Part shown: positions 45,405 through 51,997 of the stretch, one piece after another
Layout of the letters: each line of letters begins with the position of its first letter
Numbering within the stretch: the first letter of the stretch is position 1
DNA from: Alphaproteobacteria bacterium
GTDB taxonomy: Bacteria > Pseudomonadota > Alphaproteobacteria > UBA8317
Direction of reading: 5' to 3'
Length of the DNA: 51,997 nt
Assembly: GCA_038131935.1 (NCBI GenBank)
Contig: JAYPQH010000035.1
Coordinates: 1-51,997 of the forward strand
Notes under the pieces: model-generated
Seen by the model: only the letters and a program-made list of their open reading frames with translations
What the model was told of the DNA's origin: nothing
Databases searched by the model: none
Made by a program: the position numbers and the translations under genes

Positions 45405-45866
45405 TCAATTTAAGTAATCTTGATAACGTAAATCTGTGACTGTTGGTTTAGGAAGACCTCGGGTCTTTCTATACTTTAATGCTCTTTTTGCTAATTTTTC
45501 AAAGAATTGTAAAAAATCTTTAGAATTAGGATCCTTTGATCTAAGGTTTCTTTCCTTTTTGACGCTTTTTTTTAGGATATCCCACATTCGACAAACGACG
45601 TCAGAATAAAGTTCAAAAAATGGAAATTCGTCCAGATATCCATATTCCATTAAAAATCCAATCTCATCAAAATCACCTTGAACTTTAATTATATGATTTT
45701 GAATATCATCTAATGCAAAAGAAGAATTTTGGTTATTTTTTTTATTATCAAGATAATATTCATAAATGAACTTTCGTGATTTTCGATTCTCATCATTTCG
45801 AAGAATTCTTAACGTTTCAATTAGAACAAGAGTTTTGTCAAATTCGGCATGAGTGTTTGAATTCAT
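45405..45866 (-). CDS. Hypothetical protein (DUF4760-like helical domain)
   Basis: Pattern FDEIGFLMEYGYLD...MWDILK...R...FFEKLA. Confidence 0.55.
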   Translation of the reverse strand: MNSNTHAEFDKTLVLIETLRILRNDENRKSRKFIYEYYLDNKKNNQNSSFALDDIQNHIIKVQGDFDEIGFLMEYGYLDEFPFFELYSDVVCRMWDILKKSVKKERNLRSKDPNSKDFLQFFEKLAKRALKYRKTRGLPKPTVTDLRYQDYLN

Positions 45867-45873
45867 TTCTATA

Positions 45874-46845
45874 TCACATACTCAGTATATTATATTTCAT
45901 AAGAGTGCCACCCCATTTCTCTTTGTATCGATATATGCCTTTGTCTTTTTCAGATATAGGTGTTGGATTTACACCAGAAAGATCATAATAATTACAATTA
46001 TTGTTAATTCCTAACTCAATTAAATTCCATTTAATTAGATCTTGTGAATATAGTTTTTCATTGTAATCTAGTTTATCCCTTACAATTTCAAATTCATTGA
46101 TATAATTATTAAATGATGAAAACTTCATTGCACCAATTGGTTTGTCATCAAGATAAGCCATAAATCCAGAATATTTTACTGGTTGTAAAATATCCCATTG
46201 CATTTCCATATGTGATAATGTGATAGAATTATCAATTTTAGAATTGTTCATCTCTAAATGATACAAATCAACTAGATCATCTTTTTTCATTGGTTTAACA
46301 ATTACATTTCTTGATAGCGAACGTTCAATATTTTTCCTAGCAGAGTGTTTTTCCATTTTATTCCAAATGGCATTAGAGTCAGATTTCAAATCAATTACGA
46401 AAGTAGCCCATTGTTTTATTGAAAATGATTTCATGTGTTCTAACATTTTGTAAGAAAATGGATGCTCAGAACCCCAAACTTTAAAATTTTTTTTCATTAA
46501 AAATTTTCTTAATTCATTTTTAATTTCTTCTTGATAATCAAAGTCAAAAATCACAGGTCCATAAATCCATCTAGCCAAAACTGATTTTATATTTGGAATG
46601 AAATGTAGAATTTTTCCTTTAATACCTTTTTTGATTAAAAAAGGATATAACACTAATCCTAATTGACCAACTATTTTTCCATTATTATTTATGAATTCAA
46701 GAAACAATGGTTTGTTTCCAAAGATCTGTTCAGAAATGATATACTCTTTAGTTTGAAAAAATGTTCCTGTGTTAACTCCTAACAATCTTTGATTCCAACA
46801 TTTATCAGGTTCATCCAAAATTTCAATTTTTATTGATTGTTCCAT
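45874..46845 (-). CDS. FemAB/FemX-like GNAT-fold acyl/aminoacyl transferase
   Basis: Motifs WNQRLL, FFQTKEY, YGPV, ATFVIDL...W..M....RKNI, LIKWNLI, YYDLSGVNP and GIYRYKEKWGG. Confidence 0.8.
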   Translation of the reverse strand: MEQSIKIEILDEPDKCWNQRLLGVNTGTFFQTKEYIISEQIFGNKPLFLEFINNNGKIVGQLGLVLYPFLIKKGIKGKILHFIPNIKSVLARWIYGPVIFDFDYQEEIKNELRKFLMKKNFKVWGSEHPFSYKMLEHMKSFSIKQWATFVIDLKSDSNAIWNKMEKHSARKNIERSLSRNVIVKPMKKDDLVDLYHLEMNNSKIDNSITLSHMEMQWDILQPVKYSGFMAYLDDKPIGAMKFSSFNNYINEFEIVRDKLDYNEKLYSQDLIKWNLIELGINNNCNYYDLSGVNPTPISEKDKGIYRYKEKWGGTLMKYNILSM

Positions 46846-48258
46846 TCAAAATCAACTCCTAAATAATCAAATAATTCTTTATTATGATTCTCAAAATGGG
46901 TTTTTAGTTGTAAAAATGTAGAATCTTGCATTTTTTCATAGTTTCTTTTTCTCAATTTTTCATATTTTTTCAAATAATATTTTTCTAATTGAAGAAATTC
47001 TAAAACCTTTGAATATATTAAAGAAGGATTCAAATTAAATTCTTCACTATTAATGAACATGATTTGATCTCTTGGAAATAAATTCATCCAGGGTTTTATT
47101 TGAAATAGATATTCACCAGATTTAATATAAGCCCTATGAGGATAGTTGATTCCGTCATTATTTTCATTATTTTGCATTTTTTCAAATTCTCCCTCTATTC
47201 TAGATGGTTCAATTTTTATTGCTTCTTCAAATTCTAGATCTTCTTGTTTATTTTGTTTTTCCATTTGATAATGTGAATATGCTCTTGTAACAGGATTTCT
47301 TAACATAACAATAATTTTCATTTTTTTTGAAAAATTATATGCTCTTTTTGCAGCTAAAGGATGAGTCATGTAGTGAGGGGTTGCTTCACCAGTAATGTAT
47401 TTTTTTATAAATTTTTTCATGAAAAAATTTTTCCCAAATGAAAGGAAAACAATTAACATACCATGCATGTCCTCTATCAAAATATCTATCAAAGAAATGA
47501 ATTTGTTTTGTAAGTGATTTTCCTATTTGTGGATGCATCATAAGGTAATCAAATAATGAAGATGTTCCACATTTTGCAGCACCAATAATTAAAAAATCAG
47601 GTTTTACATGAAGGAATTGAAAACAAATGCAGTAAGCAGCAAATAATTTTTTTAATAATTTATGAAGAATTGATGATTTAGAAATTTTTTTGGTAAACTT
47701 ATGACGAAATAATTTATCCTTAGTAATATTAGGAGATATAGATTTTTTTGATTCTAAAATTGCATATGAATAAACACTCGTAAAATCAAAATAATATGAC
47801 CAGAAAAATGTTTTTAAATTTTTATTCTTAATAGACTTAAAATTATTTAGTTTAAATTTTTTTTCTAATTGGAATGATGAAAATTTGTTTGGATAATAGC
47901 CATCAGGATCTTTGGATAAAGCTTTCAAATTCATTATTATAATTATTGCTATTCCTTTGGGCTTCATAACACGATAAATCTCTGAAATAAAATCATCAAT
48001 TTTTTCCACATAAGGGATTACAGAATATGATGTAATAAAATCAAATGTGTTATCATTAAAAGGTAAATTTTCACCTATTGCAAAAATATTAGGTCTTTGT
48101 TCTTTAGAATTTGAAATTTCAGAAAAAATATCAATTCCAACATATTCAGAATTAAAGAAATTCATATAAGGTTTTTTTCCACAGCCTATGTCAAGACCGA
48201 TTTTTTTGTTTTTTGAATATTTTTTTGTTAAATATGTTGCAAACCAGTGTAAAGCCAT
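46830..48258 (-). CDS. Class I SAM methyltransferase fused to a PAPS-dependent sulfotransferase (frameshift at ~47400)
   Basis: LDIGCG and LPFNDNTFD...RVMKPKG are followed in the same frame by PDFLIIGAAKCGTSSL (5'-PSB loop). Removing one base from the 7-base run at 47400-47406 continues into ITGEATPHY...LRNPVTRAYSHY (3'-PB motif). Confidence 0.78.
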
Positions 48259-48266
48259 CTACTCAC

Positions 48267-49229
48267 CTAATTTTTTCTATCAAGAATTGGCCTATATTGA
48301 TTTTTAAAATTGACTAGATTAATCATTACAAAACTTGGAATTTTATCATTATCAAGTAAATTCAGAAATTTATCAATTGTAAATTTTTCAACATCATTAA
48401 TGGTACCAATAAAAGGAATATCTAGATCACGCGGAATGTAGGAATCTATATGATAACCTAAAGATTTGAAAAAAAGAAGAAATTCTTTTGTTCCTATTAT
48501 TCCCAATTGTCTTTTGTGTAATTCTAATGAGATTATAGGTCTAAATTTTCTTATTGTTTTTTCAAGACCTTGTATAATTTTTAATTCATATCCTTCTGCA
48601 TCCATTCTAATAAAATCAATATGGGATAATTCCAATTGAGAAATAATTTTATCCCCTATTACTACTTTGACATTTTTAATTGTTCCAGAAGTTAATGGAA
48701 TTGGTTCAGAATCTAAAAGAACTTTTCCACCATTTGATTTAACATTCTCAAAAAAACGTGTTGTTATTTCTTCATTTCCGCAAGCAACATTATATGAAAT
48801 GATATTTTGAATATTATTCAATTTTATATTTTTTTCAAAAAGTTCATAATTTTTCTTTACTGGTTCAAATACAATAACCAAGCCTTTTTCACCAACTAGT
48901 TTGCTTTCTAACATTGCATAATATCCAATATTTCCACCAATATCAATACAAGTCATATTCTTTTTTATGAGATTTGAAATTAGTTTAGTATTTATTGGTT
49001 CATGGATTTTAAAGATAGATAATTCTTTAGATATACCTGGATCGTTTGGAAAAACATTCATTAAAAGATCATTTACCAAAATAGGGTTTCTTTTTGGATA
49101 ATAACTGCGAATAAATCTAAATAAAAAATGTACTGAGCATCTTAATGAGACGATTAAACCATAAGTGTTAAAGTAATGTTTTAAAGAAATTTTCATCTTG
49201 GAAATTCCTCTGGGTTTGTTAATGCTCAT
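48267..49229 (-). CDS. FkbM family methyltransferase
   Basis: Motifs IDIGGNIGYYA, FEPV..NY and IRMDAEGYELKIIQG. Confidence 0.9.
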   Translation of the reverse strand: MSINKPRGISKMKISLKHYFNTYGLIVSLRCSVHFLFRFIRSYYPKRNPILVNDLLMNVFPNDPGISKELSIFKIHEPINTKLISNLIKKNMTCIDIGGNIGYYAMLESKLVGEKGLVIVFEPVKKNYELFEKNIKLNNIQNIISYNVACGNEEITTRFFENVKSNGGKVLLDSEPIPLTSGTIKNVKVVIGDKIISQLELSHIDFIRMDAEGYELKIIQGLEKTIRKFRPIISLELHKRQLGIIGTKEFLLFFKSLGYHIDSYIPRDLDIPFIGTINDVEKFTIDKFLNLLDNDKIPSFVMINLVNFKNQYRPILDRKN

Positions 49230-49328
49230 TTAATTTATTAAAAAAAGTCAGGTATTTATTAAATATTGAAGAATAATTAAACTAAAAAATAAAATAAATA
49301 GCAAACTTTATGGCTAAGATAATTAGGT
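49230..49328. promoter_or_regulatory. Divergent promoter region with TATA-like boxes
   Basis: TTAATAAATA (minus strand, 49253-49262) lies ~24 nt before ATG 49229. AATAAATA (49293-49300) lies ~28 nt before ATG 49329. Confidence 0.4.
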
Positions 49329-50824
49329 ATGTCAAAAATTAGAGTTACTTATTCTGGATTAATATCATTTGGAGTCAGAATTTCATCTGTTTTGACAGGA
49401 TTGATTTTCACACTAATTATAGGTCGAGAATTGAGTGTTTTGGAATTTGGAACTTGGGGTTTGATAAATAGTATAATGATTTATGCATTAATTCTAAGTC
49501 CTATTGTAAATTATTGGATGACTAGAGAAATTGCTAGAGGAGAAAATTCTTCTAAAACAGGATTACTAATGTCAACAGCATTTAGTGGATTGGGTTCAGT
49601 AATTTTTTTAGTTTCATCTTTTTTTATAATGAATGAGACAAATGTTGATAATTATATAATTTGGATTTCAATAATTTTGGTCCCTGTTACATTTATCAAT
49701 AATTCTCTATCTGCTATTAGTGCAGGGTTCAGACCAGAGATTACGAGTTATGCATCAATTGGATTTGAAATTTCAAAAATAATTATTGCAATATTGTTGG
49801 TACATTACTTACAAACAGGTTTAGAAGGTGCAATAATTTCAGTAATTATTTCATATTTTGTGAGCATAATTATATCAATAATTTTTTCGTTTAAAAAATT
49901 AATTACTGAGTTAAAATTTGTATATATAAAAAAATGGTTTAAATTATCATGGATACCTACCTATCGAAGTTTACCATCATTTTTTGCCATGTCTGATGTA
50001 ATAGTTTTTTCAGTATTAACTGGCTCAGTTACAGGTGTAGCATATTTCACTTCTGCAAGAACTATCAGTTATATTGTAAATAATATTAGAGGATTGAATA
50101 TAGGATTATATTCGAAATTACTGGAAACGGAAAATCATAGTTTTTTAGAACAAAATTTAATTAAATTTTTTTATTTAGGATTTCCACTAACTGCTTTTTC
50201 AATAATTTTTGCAAAACCAGCTCTATTTGCAATTAATCCAGAATATATGATTGGTTTTATTGTTGCGATGGTGTTAAGTGTAAGGATGTTTATTAAATCA
50301 TTAAATCAAATGTTTTTTGAAGTTTTATTGGGATTAGAAAAAACAGATAAAAATTCTCAATCAACTTTTAAGGATTATTTAAGAAGTAATTTATTCTGGA
50401 TTCCTACTTTCGATCTAATAAGACATGTTACCTATATAGCAATATTAGCTGTGATTGTATTTTTATTTAGAGAAAATACAAATCAGTTAATTGATCTAGT
50501 TTTAATTTGGAGTATAATTGGATTAATTACTGAAATTCCTCTTTTGGTATTTACCTAAATAAAACAAAAAAATCAGTAAATTACAAAATTAAAAAAAATC
50601 TATTAGTAAAATACATGATTATAACAATAGTTGTTTTTGGAATAACTAGTATAACTATGGAAGAGTTTTTAGAATATGAAAATAATATTTTTAAATTTTT
50701 ACCAAACTTGGTAATGTATGCTATCAGCTCAATAATTTTCTATATATCGGTGACTTATGTTTTGGATAAACCTACAAGAATACTAATTAACACAATTTTA
50801 AAAGAGTTGAAAAATATTGGATAA
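49329..50824 (+). CDS. Multi-pass membrane protein, polysaccharide/oligosaccharide flippase-like (frameshifted at ~50550-50610)
   Basis: Many hydrophobic segments and an RELSVLEFGTWGL...YWMTREIARG N-terminal signature. ORF 50615-50824 supplies the last TM helices. Confidence 0.75.
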
Positions 50825-51959
50825 TTACATATTCATTATTTGGAATGCAGCAAGAAAATATGAGGATGAAATAATTTATGATATTTCAAAAAAATTTGAA
50901 ATTCGAGAAGTATTTGAAGTCACTTGGACAAATGAATTTTTTCTTGAAAATATGAGTAGATTTTATGGCCCAAAACTAGTAGATGTTAAAAAGAAAGTGG
51001 AAATGTGTAAAAAAGAGCCATTTCTTATAATTATTGTAAATGATAAAAATTCTACTTATGGAAAAAGACGAACTTCACTTGGAATGGAAAATGTAAACAT
51101 AAATCTTTTTGAATTTAAAAAACAATTAAGAAAAAAATATGATGTAGGATACGCAATACATAACAGTTTTACAAGAAAAGAGACAAATGACGATTTAACA
51201 CTATTATTTGGAAAATCCTATAATGATTTTTTTATTTCATTTCCAATTAAATGGGATAAAAAAATTAAAAAATGTGAAAAAAATTTAATTGGATTTAATG
51301 GATGGAATAATTTTTCACAAATGACTTATGTTCTAAATTCAACAATAAATTATGTTATTTTAAGAAATTTTGATTCAATTAGTGATAATTTAGAAAATTA
51401 TAGTCATAATGATATTGATATTTTAACAGATGATTTTCTAAAAATGCCATATATTACAAATGGAGGAAAATCAGCATTGAATAAATTTTCAGATATTTTT
51501 ATTAAAATTCATAATAATAAAATCAAATTAGATATTGCAAATACAAAAGATAATGTTTATGACGAAAAGTGGTATAAGGATATTTTAAAAAATAAAATAT
51601 TACAAAACGGGTATTATACACCAAATTTGGAAGATCAGTTTTACACTTTAATTTATCATATTAATTACTATCAAAAACCAATTACTGCCGAATATCAAAA
51701 TAAATTATTACAAATTGCAAAAAAATTAGAAATAAAATGTTCAAATGATCCAGATAGAAATGAGTGGATTGAAATATTGTTTAAATTTATGAGAAAAAAA
51801 CATTATTTGAAAACAACTTCAATAAATTACAAATTTAAAAATTATAAATTATTTAGACTGTTCAGAATATCAATATACCTGTGGCAAGAACATGGCAGTA
51901 AATTTTTGATGGAAGCAATAAAAACTAAAATTAAAAATATTAAATTAAAAATGATCTAA
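50817..51959 (+). CDS. Hypothetical protein with a nucleotidyltransferase-like C-terminal half
   Basis: TTG start overlapping the upstream gene. Motifs YVILRNF and NDIDILTDD (DxD). 380-aa open frame. Confidence 0.65.
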   Translation: MDNYIFIIWNAARKYEDEIIYDISKKFEIREVFEVTWTNEFFLENMSRFYGPKLVDVKKKVEMCKKEPFLIIIVNDKNSTYGKRRTSLGMENVNINLFEFKKQLRKKYDVGYAIHNSFTRKETNDDLTLLFGKSYNDFFISFPIKWDKKIKKCEKNLIGFNGWNNFSQMTYVLNSTINYVILRNFDSISDNLENYSHNDIDILTDDFLKMPYITNGGKSALNKFSDIFIKIHNNKIKLDIANTKDNVYDEKWYKDILKNKILQNGYYTPNLEDQFYTLIYHINYYQKPITAEYQNKLLQIAKKLEIKCSNDPDRNEWIEILFKFMRKKHYLKTTSINYKFKNYKLFRLFRISIYLWQEHGSKFLMEAIKTKIKNIKLKMI

Positions 51960-51997
51960 TTTATAATTAGAAAATTATTGTTTAAAATATGAAGATT

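Larger units (their letters stand above)
41590..51997. other. Low-GC surface-glycan biosynthesis/modification gene cluster of probable archaeal (Nitrosopumilaceae-like) origin
   Basis: Sharp GC drop, Ile/Lys/Asn-rich proteins, TATA-like boxes ~24-30 nt upstream of ATGs, GTGA-type rather than GGAG-type RBSs, TTG starts, and a flippase N-terminus (IRVTYSGLISF) recalled from thaumarchaeal proteins. Confidence 0.7.

Overview
The window has two compositionally different parts. (A) Bases 1 to ~41590 are bacterial, probably a marine alphaproteobacterium (inferred from gene content and GGAG-type RBSs), at roughly 40-47% GC by eye. This part holds: a giant RTX/cadherin-type surface-protein gene (1-6804, broken by many frameshifts, starting with three ~920-bp near-identical repeats); a second surface-protein gene (6819-8465); a K+ channel; fhs; a ~16-kb cluster of amide hydrolases and CoA-dependent enzymes (argE-like, 2 amidases, class II aldolase, N-carbamoylase, 2 MmgE/PrpD, PaaK-like ligase, PuuE-like, MaoC, nitroreductase, 2 CaiB, ACAD); a giant calpain/Calx-beta/RCC1 protein (29660-36690); an HI0933 flavoprotein; and divergent oxyR-katG. 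(B) From ~41590 to the end, DNA of about 25% GC begins abruptly inside a truncated epimerase gene. It encodes a surface-glycan modification cluster with archaeal, Nitrosopumilus-like features, so the join is either a chimera or an inter-domain insertion. The main candidate for a novel system is a cohesin-dockerin-like extracellular assembly. All three large surface proteins end in the same circularly permuted dockerin-like module, two also carry tandem cohesin-like domains, and the third carries a calpain protease. Many single-base indels in homopolymers suggest an error-prone long-read consensus, so split ORFs are treated as intact genes. All domain calls come from motif recognition by eye; no searches were run.
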